A stretch of 64,000 bases of DNA from Candidatus Versatilivorator sp. (GTDB lineage: Bacteria; Acidobacteriota; Terriglobia; Versatilivoradales; Versatilivoraceae): the NCBI GenBank assembly GCA_965207735.1, contig OZ242296.1:1504001-1568000 (forward strand), in the 5' to 3' direction. Below the pieces are notes generated by a model, which was given only the letters and a program-made list of their open reading frames with translations, was not told the DNA's origin and ran no database searches. The position numbers and the translations under genes are program-made. Positions 9,232 through 19,679 of the stretch are shown piece after piece (the first letter of the stretch is position 1; each line of letters opens with the position of its first letter).

Positions 9232-10572
9232 ATGAAACGCCGCCAACTGCTGCAAGCCGGATCCCTGGGCGCGCTGGCCGCCGGAATGGGTTCCCTTGGG
9301 CCGTCTGCCACCGGAGCCTCCCTGCTGGCGGCTCAACAGCAGCGTTCCGGACTGCCGCCCATCAAGATCACCGACGTCAAGTGCATCCTGACGGCGCCCG
9401 CCGGACGCCGGCTGGCCGTGGTCAAGGTCTCGACCAGCGAACCCGAGTTGTACGGACTGGGGTGCGCCACCTTCACCCAGCGGATTCGAACCGTCCAGAC
9501 AGCCGTGGATGTCTATCTGAAGCAGTTTCTGGTGGGCAAGAGTCCCTGGGATATCGAGGACATCTGGCAGTCCTCCTTCTTCAGTTCCTATTGGCGCAAC
9601 GGACCGGTACTGAACAACGCCCTCAGCGGGGTCGACTCGGCCCTGTGGGACATCCTGGGAAAATGGACCGGCCTGCCCGTCTACCAGTTGTTGGGAGGCA
9701 AGAGCCGCCGAGCGGTGGACACCTACAGGTCGGCTGGCGGCCGGACTTTCGAAGAGCTGGTCGATTCGTTCCAGCAGTTGCGGGAGCAGGGCTATCGCCA
9801 CATTCGCTGTGAGCCGGTGGTGCCGGAAGCCTCTCCTCCCGCCGGTCCGGAGAACGCGGCCCGACCCGCCAACCAGCGGACACGCATCTGGGAGGCGGCC
9901 CCCTTCGCCCGGGCGCTTCCCCGGTTTTTCGGGAAACTGCGGGAGCGGTTCGGCGAACAGGTCGAGCTGCTGACCGACGTCCACGAGCTGCTGCCCCCCA
10001 TTCTGGCCATCCAGTTGGCCAAGGAGCTGGAACCCGTCCGGATGTTCTTCCTGGAAGATCCGCTCTCCCCGGAAGACGTCGGATACTTCAAGCATCTGCG
10101 CCAGCAGAGCAGCACCCCCATCGCCATGGGCGAGCTGTTCAACAACCCCAACGAATGGCTCGACATCATCAGCCAGCGGCTGATCGATTTCATCCGGGTC
10201 CACATTTCCCAGATCGGCGGCATCAGCATGGCCTTCAAGCTCTCCCATTTATGCGAGTTCTTCCGGGTTCGCACGGCCTGGCACGGCCCCGGCGACACCT
10301 CGCCGGTGGGGCACGCCGCCAACATTCATCTGAGCCTGGTCGTCAACAACTTCGGCATCCAGGAGTTTCACGGCCTCACCCAGTCTGAGCGGGACGTCTT
10401 CCCCGGAAGCCCACAGGAAAGGAACGGCTACGTCTACATCAACGAAGCGCCCGGCATAGGGGTTGACCTGGACGAGAAGCTGGCGGCCCGCTTCCCCGTG
10501 AATGACGACCCCAGCTTCGACCTGCACTGGGGCAACATGCGGCGCAAGGACGGCACCATCGTCAAACCCTGA
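9232..10572 (+). CDS. Enolase-superfamily acid-sugar dehydratase (RspA/ManD-like) with Tat-like leader
   Basis: SD GGAGG; MKRRQLLQ leader; YWRNGPV, DVHE, FFLEDP, GELFNN, AWHGPGD motifs. Confidence 0.85.
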   Translation: MKRRQLLQAGSLGALAAGMGSLGPSATGASLLAAQQQRSGLPPIKITDVKCILTAPAGRRLAVVKVSTSEPELYGLGCATFTQRIRTVQTAVDVYLKQFLVGKSPWDIEDIWQSSFFSSYWRNGPVLNNALSGVDSALWDILGKWTGLPVYQLLGGKSRRAVDTYRSAGGRTFEELVDSFQQLREQGYRHIRCEPVVPEASPPAGPENAARPANQRTRIWEAAPFARALPRFFGKLRERFGEQVELLTDVHELLPPILAIQLAKELEPVRMFFLEDPLSPEDVGYFKHLRQQSSTPIAMGELFNNPNEWLDIISQRLIDFIRVHISQIGGISMAFKLSHLCEFFRVRTAWHGPGDTSPVGHAANIHLSLVVNNFGIQEFHGLTQSERDVFPGSPQERNGYVYINEAPGIGVDLDEKLAARFPVNDDPSFDLHWGNMRRKDGTIVKP

Positions 10573-10585
10573 ACCAACTGAGGAT

Positions 10586-10875
10586 TATCCGCAAAGGCCG
10601 ATAAGAGTTATCCACGAAGGAACACGAAGGACGACGAAGGGCCACTAAGGTGTTGGAGAAAGCTCAAGAGGAATTCGCCAAAGATCGGGGATGGGGAAAA
10701 GATTCCCACGAAAGGCGCTAAAGTATCTGTAAAGGAGGCAAGATATCAGTCTGCAAAGGGATTCCAAGGGGTTGGAAAAGACTCGAAAGGGATCCATGAA
10801 GGGCCACGAAGAAAGACGCCAGGGAGAAAAAGATTTCCACGGACTTCGTGTTCCTTCGTTTCCACTCGTGGTTCA
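10586..10875. repeat. Degenerate CCACGAAGG short tandem repeats with an inverted counterpart
   Basis: ccacgaagg-aacacgaagg-acgacgaagg-gccactaagg at 10612-10650; reverse cttcgtg units at ~10844-10871. Confidence 0.55.
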
Positions 10876-10950
10876 ACTTCATTAACGACCGGCCGTTTTT
10901 CCTCGAATGATCTGCATGCCGGACGGGGGTGCGGCCAACCTGGAGGTCAC

Positions 10951-11373
10951 ATGAAAAAACAGATTTCAAGCTGGGTGGCCCTGCCATTCCTGGCCTTTGC
11001 GGCTGCCGGTTGCCAGCAGGAGGGGCCCGCGGGCGGAGCCGGCGCCGTGCCCGCGGACGACAAGCCCCCGCGCGTCGCCGCTGCCGAGCTGGACAAACTC
11101 ATGCAGGAGGAGGCGTTGCTGCTGGATGTTCGGGAGCCCAAGGAGCTGGAAGAGCTGGGGACCCTGGAGGGCTACGTCAATATCCCCATCGGCCAGCTTG
11201 AGGAGCGCCTGGACGAGCTGCCCAAGGACAGGCTGATCGTCACCGCCTGAAACGGCGGCGGACGGGCCGCGCGTGCCGCGGCCTTACTCAAGAAGAACGG
11301 ATTCCGGACGGCCGGCTCCTGCGGGCTGAGAAGCTACAAGGGAAAGAGGATATTCCCCAAGCCCGGGGGTTGA
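10951..11373 (+). CDS. Lipoprotein rhodanese-domain protein, probable selenoprotein (UGA 11248-11250)
   Basis: Lipobox-like AAAGC; LLDVREPxE; IVTA-UGA-NGGGRA where rhodaneses have C-x-x-G-x-R; frame continues 40 codons to TGA 11371-11373. Confidence 0.8.
11251..11285 (+). promoter_or_regulatory. Candidate bacterial SECIS hairpin
   Basis: GCGGC...GCCGC stem with inner ACG/CGT pairing just 3' of the UGA; folded by eye only. Confidence 0.4.
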
Positions 11374-11440
11374 GGGCGGAAGCCCGAAGGGCGACGGTTG
11401 GAATGCGGCAGAGCGGCGGGCGATCGGGCATCCCCCAACT

Positions 11441-12328
11441 TCACGCCAGTGCTTGCCTGCAGTACTCCAGCGACTCCCTGACGCCTTCCAGGGAAGGCTG
11501 ATCCTTGATCTCGTGCTCGATGTTGGCTGGAATCGGGTACTTCCCCGCCTTCAGTTGCTGCAAGACCTCCCTGATGGGCGTATCCCCGGTCCCGAACTTC
11601 AGCACCGGCGATCGGGGACCCAGCCCCTTCTTCCGGTCCTTGAGGTGCAGGGTGACAATCCGCTGGTGGTGCCGATCGATGTAGTCCACCGGATCGAACC
11701 CGGCAGCCACGAAGTGGCCGATGTCCAGATTGACGCAGATGTAGGGAGAATTCCCCTCCATGGCCGCTGCAAAATCCTGCGGACCGTCGAAGACATCCTC
11801 CTTGCCGCCGTGGGCGTGGTTGTGCATCCCCACTCTGATCCGGTGCTTGCCGGCGAAGGAATCGATCAGGGATGCCAGGCTGGGCCTCGCCGAAGCGGTG
11901 ATCACTTCGGCGCCCAAGGCCCGGGCCATGAGGAAGCCCCGATCGACTTCCTCGGGGCTCATGGTCTTCTGAAAGCTGTAGTTGTATGAGTTGAGCCCGA
12001 TGCCGGCCTGCTCCAGCTTGCGGCCCTTGTCCTCAAAGAAGCTGAGCGAGGTCTCCAGCCGCCAGCGGCGCAGCTCGACGGGCTCCAGTCCCCTGGGCTC
12101 GATGTGTCCCTGCCAGAGCTCGCAACTGTCGATCCCAACCTCGACCATGGCATCGATAGCATCCTCGAAGGAGCGATCCCGAAAACTGTAACTCTGGACG
12201 CCGATCTGAACGCCCTCAATCAGGGAGCTGGCTGCTTTCCTCCGGCAGCCCGCCTGGATCGGCAGCAACCCCGCCCCGGCCAGCAGAGTCATGTTCCTGG
12301 CAAAGGTGCGCCTCGAAATCGTTTTCAT
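11441..12328 (-). CDS. Sugar-phosphate isomerase/epimerase (AP-endonuclease-2 TIM barrel) with Tat-like leader
   Basis: SRRTF leader; GMHNH, LDIGH, LHLKD, IEHE metal motifs; SD GGAGG. Confidence 0.85.
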   Translation of the reverse strand: MKTISRRTFARNMTLLAGAGLLPIQAGCRRKAASSLIEGVQIGVQSYSFRDRSFEDAIDAMVEVGIDSCELWQGHIEPRGLEPVELRRWRLETSLSFFEDKGRKLEQAGIGLNSYNYSFQKTMSPEEVDRGFLMARALGAEVITASARPSLASLIDSFAGKHRIRVGMHNHAHGGKEDVFDGPQDFAAAMEGNSPYICVNLDIGHFVAAGFDPVDYIDRHHQRIVTLHLKDRKKGLGPRSPVLKFGTGDTPIREVLQQLKAGKYPIPANIEHEIKDQPSLEGVRESLEYCRQALA

Positions 12329-12445
12329 CGGCATGCCTCCCTTCGGAAAGATCGGACCCACACCAGCTTAACCCGCATTCCTAGCCCGCGGGCTGCACCC
12401 GCAAAGCGCGTGCAACGGGCGAAGGAAACTTCTTACGAAAATAGC

Positions 12446-12578
12446 CCCCCGGGCGCCAGCCCGGGAATTCCTGCAAGCCGCCAAGGCGGCGACAGCAGGT
12501 AGCCGTGGGCGTAAGCCCATGGGAGTGGGCGTGGCCCATGGAATACGTGACGTTATAGTCGAGCCGCGTAGGCGGCGA
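12446..12578 (+). repeat. REP-like repeat family R2 (left part, interrupted by the island)
   Basis: ~130 bp similar to 39356-39507; GCCGCGTAGGCGGCG hairpin; reverse copy at ~60075-60140. Confidence 0.8.
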
Positions 12579-12929
12579 CTACATCATAAAACTTGTAACT
12601 GTTCATTATAATAGACTTACTGTGGTTAGCCCTGTTGTAATCCCCTCATTATATCCCTCTATTTGAACGGGAATCCACTGGACCTTTCGGGACGTTGGTG
12701 GACGGGTCTTACGATGTTGCAACCCCCGAGACTCTGCGTCCGGGAACGTCGAGCGGGGTGGTAGGCTGCCCTTGGGTTCGGATCGGAGATATCGGGTTGT
12801 GAGCATCCTCCAGGTTTGCCCTTCTCGGCCTCTGGCCATCTGTGGTCTACTGTTCTTCGAGGGCCTCATCAGTGAGGACGCGCAGCCGGGAGCCGACGTT
12901 GACGTGCCGCTGGATGACGAGGCGCTGGA

Positions 12930-13465
12930 GGCCTTCCCGCCAGGGATCACTGTGGTGAGAGCGACCCCGGCAAGGGGGACAAGGGGTGTCCCGACCCCTG
13001 TCCCCCTTTGCCCTCCCCCGTGGCGCACCAGCGGCCAAAATGGGGGGGCGCTCCCTCCACTTCCTCCCCCTCCTGTGCGGCGCGACGACGCGCCGTGCGA
13101 GGGGGTGGACACGCGATGCCGACGCCCCACGGGGCTTTACCCCATAGGATTTGGGCAATCCGTGCCAACCCGCGTCCAATGCGGGTTTCCGGGAACATCC
13201 TGGACCACGACGGCGAGGGCTTCGTCCTCTGAGAGTGGAGCGTTGGGGTTGTTGAAGGGACGCGTCACTTCATGCGCCACCTACGCGCGCCACCTCCCTT
13301 CTGAAAGGGTGACACCCATACGACGCCACGTCCTTGACCCCCGGAGGCGGAAATCGTCGATCATTTCGCGGCTGTTGGAGGCCGGGATTTTCTGCTCCAT
13401 TGAACGATCTTCTCCATGACGACATCGAAGGCGCCGCGACGTGGGAAGGGTTTCCCAATCGTTAC
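12930..13465 (+). repeat. Conserved structured module, copy A
   Basis: Shares GGGATCA.TGTGG.GAGAGCGACC, TGGCGCACCAGCG, GACACGCGA, CCAC.ACGGCGAG, CTCTGAGAG, TTGACCCCC.GAG.CGGAAAT with copies B, C and E. Confidence 0.7.
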
Positions 13466-13481
13466 CACACCTGCCAGCATG

Positions 13482-14390
13482 TCATTCCATCTCCCATTCA
13501 ATCAACTCCGGGATCTTGTCGCGAACGGTGAGCGTTGTCCACATCGCCGAGTGATCGCTCCACCCATGTTTGCGCCATTCGTGGTAGTAGCCGCAGTCCA
13601 CGACCTCGAAGTGCCTTGAAACGAAAGTATGGTCGAAGCATCTCGGGTTCTTACGCGTGGTGTAGTGGGTGACGGGGGTGGCTGTCTCAAAGCCATGAAG
13701 GTCGCGATAAGCATTTCGCAGACCGTGCTGCGACGCCCCGGCCAGGACCGAACGTACACCATTGGCCCGCTCCATATTCCGGCGTCGGACTCCAAACTGG
13801 GTTTTCCAGCCCCGGATGGAGGTACCTCCATCCTCGTGAATTTTCTCTCCAAAAGGCACGATCTGCCCCGATTGTCGGAACCGCTTGGGCTCGTTGAAGT
13901 CTCCCGTCAGGATGCGGGGCGAGTCGAGCGCACGGCGTAGCGTTGCCGACAGCACGGTGAAGGTGTCGATCTTCCGCCAGCCATTACCGGAGCCGTTGGG
14001 GATGTGCGCGGTGAACACGTCGATATCCTGCTCGTCGGGCAGGGAGACCGTGGCACGCGCCAGCAACTCCGGATAAGGTGCGCGACGGCGCCAACGATTG
14101 CCGCTAGCTTTCATCGGCCAGCGACTCGCAATCAGGCACTGGTAGATTTTTCGCTTCAACCTGCGGATTGGCGGTAATTTCCGCATTGCCGTGGGTGGGG
14201 CCTTCTTGCCGCTCCAGTGGGCGTGGACAAGGCCGATGTCGGCGAGACGCAGCGCCAAATCGTCCGCCAGGGTCGTCTTTACCTCCTGCAACGTCACGAC
14301 GTCCGGTCTTGCGGACCGGATCGCCTCGACGATGTTATCGAGTTGACCGGACAGGGATTGAAAGTGGACGTTCCAGGATAAGATTAGCAT
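13482..14390 (-). CDS. Endonuclease/exonuclease/phosphatase (EEP) family protein
   Basis: SWNV, LQEV, H, GDFN, FDH, SDH motifs. Confidence 0.85.
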   Translation of the reverse strand: MLILSWNVHFQSLSGQLDNIVEAIRSARPDVVTLQEVKTTLADDLALRLADIGLVHAHWSGKKAPPTAMRKLPPIRRLKRKIYQCLIASRWPMKASGNRWRRRAPYPELLARATVSLPDEQDIDVFTAHIPNGSGNGWRKIDTFTVLSATLRRALDSPRILTGDFNEPKRFRQSGQIVPFGEKIHEDGGTSIRGWKTQFGVRRRNMERANGVRSVLAGASQHGLRNAYRDLHGFETATPVTHYTTRKNPRCFDHTFVSRHFEVVDCGYYHEWRKHGWSDHSAMWTTLTVRDKIPELIEWEME

Positions 14391-14656
14391 GGGATGTTTC
14401 CTGAGTAGAGGCGGCGTAGACGATCAATGCTGCTCACTGTTTCATTAGGCACCGCCTAAATCCGTGAGCCTGACCGGTTCGGCTGGGTTTACTTGACCTC
14501 CAACGTACCGTAGCACCCCAAGAAACCGTCACAGCCCCATTTCTCTCTCAGAGGCAAGCCTCGCGGCCTGTGGGCAGCGTGAACCACGTGAACCCTTCTG
14601 CATCGACCACGAACCTCAAATAGACTCAGTTCGCCGACCGGTCAATGTGTCCACGT

Positions 14657-15520
14657 CTATAGGTAATTCTTTCTGAATCGGGCCTTGACTTCTTCTGCCT
14701 CGACAATCTGCTTCACTTCCGAAAAAGATTCGGCAAGGTCGTCAACTCCCTTTATATTTTTCCTAGCTTCGATGATGAACTCCTGTTCCAGTACCTCAAT
14801 TAAAGCCTTGAATCCGGCGAATTCCATTCGCCGGATTTGTTCCCAGATTTCCTTAGGAAGGATTCCACCGACTATGCCCTTCAGATGCAAGTCTCGTTTC
14901 CAGCTCACGCTCTCACCGAATTCCATTCCTTTACTCATCAAGAATCCGAGCCTGCCGTAGGTGCTGATCAATCCATTGTATATCTTCCACAGCCTTCCAC
15001 TCACAAAGATCCTCGTCTCATCGAGTTGGGTGGGTTTAGTGCCCACTCCGAAAACGATTTCCATGCCAGCGCAAACCTTCTCGTCCTTTGGCGTTATCTT
15101 TTCCGCCACTCTCTGAAACGAGGAATACTCATTGAGAATGCTGCGGATTTTTTCATTCGAGTCATGGGGGCTACTGATGACAGATTCAAACTCGGTTTCT
15201 GTGAGTAAAGCTTCGACGGCTACAAGCGGTGCAAATTCTTTCTTAACACGCAAAATGTCCTGCCAAAGATTGTTGATCGATTCAATAGTCTTGATTCGAT
15301 AGCTATCACCAATGCGACTTGCTATCTGCAGTGAGTTGACTAACTCCGTAGATTGCAACTCAAGCTTGGCTTCGAGATGTTTAATCTCTTGGTTTTGCGA
15401 ATGTTCCAGTCGCTTGATAGCAACGTCCATCAGTTTCGGGAGGAGTAATTTGAATGTGGCCAATAGACTAAGAACTACTGCTATTGTGCCAGCGACGAGG
15501 CCTTGTAGCGTATCAAGCAT
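14657..15520 (-). CDS. Hypothetical protein with N-terminal TM helix and coiled coil
   Basis: Long low-GC ORF; hydrophobic GLVAGTIAVVLSLLATF. Confidence 0.6.
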   Translation of the reverse strand: MLDTLQGLVAGTIAVVLSLLATFKLLLPKLMDVAIKRLEHSQNQEIKHLEAKLELQSTELVNSLQIASRIGDSYRIKTIESINNLWQDILRVKKEFAPLVAVEALLTETEFESVISSPHDSNEKIRSILNEYSSFQRVAEKITPKDEKVCAGMEIVFGVGTKPTQLDETRIFVSGRLWKIYNGLISTYGRLGFLMSKGMEFGESVSWKRDLHLKGIVGGILPKEIWEQIRRMEFAGFKALIEVLEQEFIIEARKNIKGVDDLAESFSEVKQIVEAEEVKARFRKNYL

Positions 15521-15681
15521 TGAATCATTGCCTTCCAGATAGATTCCTGACAGCCTATCCGGGAAACGTCCTAGTAGCTTGTTAGATACTTCCCTGTGGT
15601 TGATACACGGCGCCTGCGCACTCTCATCGCGCAACAAATTGTCCCGTCAGGGGGGGTGGGCATAGCCTTGTCGTCCAAGGC

Positions 15682-16893
15682 TCAGAAGGGAATATCCTCG
15701 TCTGACGGCGAGTCCGGCTTCGAATCTTCCGGCACGGAATTTGGCATCGAGAATATCGTGTTGTATTCCTCAATTGCCTTACGCGCGCGTTGCTCAATTG
15801 CGCCGCCATGGTCCAAATCTTGGAGGTACCTGAAGCCATCCTCTTCGCTGTTGCACCGCTGATTGATCAGTGGCCATTCAGCGGCATCGGTATTGTCGAC
15901 TTGCCGCCATGGCGAGAACACGCAGGCGCGATGCTGACCCGCTGACTTTCCAACCCAGCGCGTGACACTCCAACCATTTACTTCAGTTGTATACCTCCAG
16001 CCGTTTCCCGAATTGGCTTTTTTGAACCTCTTACGATAGCTCTCCACGTTTCTTGCAACTACTTGAACACTGGGCGGTTTGCTCGACGTTTGGGATCGAG
16101 CATCTTCCAACTGCTTTCGTGCCTCCTCCTCTGAAGACTTGAGCTGATGTCTTACTTCCTCCAATTCTCCCTCAATGTGCCTACGTGCCTCCTGTTCGTC
16201 CTGTAGCGCTTGTTGGGTCTCGTCGTACTTTTCCTTCAGCTCCTGAAGAACCCCCTCAGTCTTATGTTTATCTTTCTCTGCTTTAGATTTGAGCCAATTT
16301 GCATCTTGCAACTCTTTTTGGGTATTTCTGTGTTCATCTTTTTCCGTCTCCAGCTTAATCTTGAAATCATCTGCCTTGGCGACGATTTGTTTGGTTTCCT
16401 CGTGCTTTGCCTGTTCATTCTCCAACTCTCGCTTCATATCTTGTAGATCACGGTACAGCTTTCTCACGTTTTTTTCAGCCTCCAGATCAAACAGGTGCAA
16501 CACGCGTGCACAGGTGTCCAAAGCACGGTCCGTGTCCCGATCGCTGAAATCATCTGTCGTCGGATGTGCCCAATCGTTGCGCCAATCGCTGATCTCGTAC
16601 ATCCACGTTACGGCTTTGGACCTTTCGCGCTTCTTGCCGGCGAGATAAGAAGGGAACACGTTTTTGTTATTGCGGATGACATCAGGAAAGTCACTGATAT
16701 CGACGCTATCGATCATGTTTTCGCTTAGGTCTTCTGCAATCTTTTCCTGTCGCCATGGTGAAAGAGCGGGCACAACGAGGCCAGTGAACCAGTCACCCGA
16801 TTCCCAATGTTGCATTGTCTGCGCGATGTACATTCGCATTGCACTGCGATAGATGTCTATTCCCTCACCCAAGCGCCTGCGGTTTTCGTTCAT
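15682..16893 (-). CDS. Swt1-like HEPN protein with coiled coil and unknown C-terminal domain
   Basis: SD AGGAGG; RNDWAH (RxxxxH) followed by FSDRDTDRALDT; long heptad region. Confidence 0.7.
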   Translation of the reverse strand: MNENRRRLGEGIDIYRSAMRMYIAQTMQHWESGDWFTGLVVPALSPWRQEKIAEDLSENMIDSVDISDFPDVIRNNKNVFPSYLAGKKRERSKAVTWMYEISDWRNDWAHPTTDDFSDRDTDRALDTCARVLHLFDLEAEKNVRKLYRDLQDMKRELENEQAKHEETKQIVAKADDFKIKLETEKDEHRNTQKELQDANWLKSKAEKDKHKTEGVLQELKEKYDETQQALQDEQEARRHIEGELEEVRHQLKSSEEEARKQLEDARSQTSSKPPSVQVVARNVESYRKRFKKANSGNGWRYTTEVNGWSVTRWVGKSAGQHRACVFSPWRQVDNTDAAEWPLINQRCNSEEDGFRYLQDLDHGGAIEQRARKAIEEYNTIFSMPNSVPEDSKPDSPSDEDIPF

Positions 16894-17499
16894 ATCCGCC
16901 AACCTCCTTCTTTTTCAGCTTTTTCAGCTTCTTAAGTCCCCGATGCGTCAACCGGTGCTGTAGCGGGAAGCGAGCGCCAGGGTCGGGCTGCCGGTCACCA
17001 ACTGCAGAATGGAGCCGTGCTGCCGGTGCTGCTCCACGAGCAGGTTAGGCAACGATCCGTGCTGGAATGGATATCCATCTGCAAACCCCAACAAGATGAC
17101 ACAACCCTTTCCCAGGACTCCCTTGGTTATCCTGACACCCCCTGAATCTCTGAGCTGTGCCGGGTACGATGAGTTTTCTCGGTCTCTGGCATACCAGAGC
17201 ACCCCGAAACTGCCACAGCGCCGATTTCCCTCTCAGAAGGCCCAGCTCTTGCCCGTGTGGCGAACCAGAGATTTTGAGGCTAATCCCCGGGAAAAAAGGC
17301 CCCTATTTGCCCTGCGCTGCGTTTTCCATGGGTCCGATGAACGTTAGTACCCGGGATTTTGATGGTAGGTGGGTCAGCAGCAGCCTAGAAAGTATAATAG
17401 GATCTGTGTGAGTGTGGGGTGAATGGAAAGAATATATTGGTGAGAATTTGATGAGTTTATTCGGCGCCCAGCAACGCGCAACGGCAAGATCCACGGGCC

Positions 17500-17700
17500 T
17501 CTTTACTCTTAGAGCTCCCGGTCCTCCCCGACCCTTGGGATGGGTAGCGCACCCACTCGTCCATCAGGATACGCCGATGTTCAAACTGGTCGGAGCGGTC
17601 AAAGCCTGCCTCGACCCGGTTCCGAACCACATGCGCCAGGGCCGACTCCATCACCTCCCGGGGATGGCGGTCTCCTCAGCCGCCCAGTCCCGGAAGCTGG
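17500..17700 (-). pseudogene. 3' fragment of the P4-type integrase
   Basis: SFRDWAAEE...ALAHVVRNRVEA...RSD.FE.RR, frameshifted. Confidence 0.85.
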
Positions 17701-18221
17701 TCCGTCTTCAGCCATTCGGGAATACTGGTCACGGTCCTGTTCCCCGCAGACGCTGGGATGAATCGGAGCAACAAACAGCCGCACTCGATGACCGTGGAAT
17801 GATCGACGATGTCCGCCTCTGGGGGTCAAGGCGGTGTAGACAGACCAACGCGCCACCAAAAAAACCCCGGTGGCGCGTCTAGGTGGCGCGTGCTTTCAAC
17901 AACCACAACGCTTGTCTCTCAGAGGGGGGCGCGCTCGCCGTTGTGGTTAAGGACTTTCTGCGAACGCCGCATAGGACGCGGGATGAGACGGATTGCCCTC
18001 CCCCAATTGTGACAAGGCGAAGCGAGGCTGCGGCTCGCGTGTTCCCCTCCCGTCCGGCGGAACGGCGCGCAGTACGAGAGGGGTGCAGGTGGAGGGAGCG
18101 ACCCCCCGATTTTTAGCGCTGGTGCGCCACCGGCGAGGGTTACGCGGCGCGTACAGTGGCGCGCGATTAACCCTCTCCTCGTGGGGGTCGCTCCCTCCAC
18201 ATTGATCCCTGCGGGAAGGCC
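17701..18221 (-). repeat. Conserved structured module, copy B
   Basis: Reverse-orientation homologue of copies A and C; closest to E. Confidence 0.75.
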
Positions 18222-18279
18222 GAATTGGTAGGACCCGGACTCAGGTTGTCCTGCGTAGCCTGGCTTTGGCTGCTGCCGA

Positions 18280-18377
18280 GCTTCGAGCCTCCGGTTCGGG
18301 CAAGACAACGCCTTGCGCTGAAACCAGCCGCTTGAGTATGGTGAGTCCTATGTGTCCGAGAAATCAGGGGCTGTACA
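18280..18377 (+). mobile_element. IS3/IS481-like right-end remnant
   Basis: Homologous to 20690-20919 (reverse) and 22828-22945; ends TGTCCGAGAAATCAGGGGCTGTACA. Confidence 0.6.
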
Positions 18378-18464
18378 TGACAAAGGCAGCGTCTGAATTC
18401 GGCAAAGAGTTTATACCTTCGGATCAGTAGAAGCAGCGTGGCGACAGTCGTTTCTCATCCCCTC

Positions 18465-19391
18465 TTATTTGCTTGGCTTCCTGTTTGTGATTTGTTCTAG
18501 GCGACGCATCAGCTTCTGCTTCAAGTCTGTTAAATTGCTGTATTCGGGACAATTGTAAGCCGCAAGATCAAAGTGCAATCGGGTGTCATTGCATCTAAAC
18601 AAAATCACCTTTCGCTTAAGTGAGTGTGCATACCCAACTTCGTAGTAGACGCTTGGTCGTTCACCCGTCAAGTCCGCAATTAGAAACTCCGATGATTCGA
18701 TCTTTTCTGTTATCTTTTTGGTGATTATGTCCTCATGTTGTATGTCGTCGGCTCGAACAGCCTCTATCCCAAACTGGGCGAAACATTCTTTAATCGTGTT
18801 GTACCGATCCTCCAGTGCCGGATTTTGAGGGTCGATCTGCATCATGACAAACGCAGAATCTGGTTTGTACTCAGCAGTGGCCTGCGGATTCGAGCTGAAC
18901 TCGTCCGTTGACAGGCTTTGGGAGATCTCGAGAAGATCCACGAATCTTGTCAAATTTGAAATATCCCGTTCGAATCTGTTACGAGCTGAGCACGGGTGGG
19001 CTGGATCAGCTTCGGACTGCCCAGCTTGTTGTATCCCATAAACGACTCCTTCGTCGTGCAGCAACTCTGCATCCCACGAGCGATAACTTGTCAAGTGAAG
19101 AGATGCTCGCAGGGATTTTGTCCAAGTTCCCAAGTCTCTCCTGTCCGCTTCGGTGAGCAGCGTTGACTGTTTTATGCAATTGGCTATTGGCCTTACAATC
19201 TCTATCACTTCAGTTTGAAGATTGGTGGAATCCTGCCGTTGCGTCTCGTCCAACTTAGACCAGTATTTGTCAGCTTGGCCGTACTCGTAGTTTTCGAGTG
19301 GAGCTTCGAAATAGTCAATGGCGGCAAAAAACTCTAGGCCTTTAGTTTTCAGTTGCTCAATTTGTATTCGTATTTTGGCGAAGTCTGGCAT
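18465..19391 (-). CDS. Protein with C-terminal nucleoside-deoxyribosyltransferase-like domain
   Basis: AFVMM...RADD...IADLTGERPSVYYEVGYAH; start placed at MPDFAK. Confidence 0.7.
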   Translation of the reverse strand: MPDFAKIRIQIEQLKTKGLEFFAAIDYFEAPLENYEYGQADKYWSKLDETQRQDSTNLQTEVIEIVRPIANCIKQSTLLTEADRRDLGTWTKSLRASLHLTSYRSWDAELLHDEGVVYGIQQAGQSEADPAHPCSARNRFERDISNLTRFVDLLEISQSLSTDEFSSNPQATAEYKPDSAFVMMQIDPQNPALEDRYNTIKECFAQFGIEAVRADDIQHEDIITKKITEKIESSEFLIADLTGERPSVYYEVGYAHSLKRKVILFRCNDTRLHFDLAAYNCPEYSNLTDLKQKLMRRLEQITNRKPSK

Positions 19392-19679
19392 CGCAATGTT
19401 TCCTTTTTCAGCTTGCTTAACATGGGACCTGCATCGTCCAACTTCACGTTGAGCCGACCCTAAACCTCCAGAATCGCTTAGGGGCACTATATCGGGTGTT
19501 GGGGGGGAGGGATAGGTGTTGGGGGTTAATTCACTTTCTAGGTCCGCCGAAGCTGCCGCGCCAGATTGGCCAGGGTGGCAATCAGACTGGGAATATCCTA
19601 CTCTGGGCATCGGGGCCGTAATTCCCCACTCGGAGCGTTGACCGAAGTCCTCCGACAGACTCACTCAATCGGCGATGGA

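Noticed and set aside
13333-13365. Conserved TTGACC...GATCAT in the module as a sigma70 promoter
   Set aside because: 19-nt spacer and weak -10; kept only as part of the module description.
16920-17460. Short ORFs here and at 30190-30530, 31700-32400 and 36330-36850
   Set aside because: No recognisable motifs; probably gene debris that cannot be named without a search.
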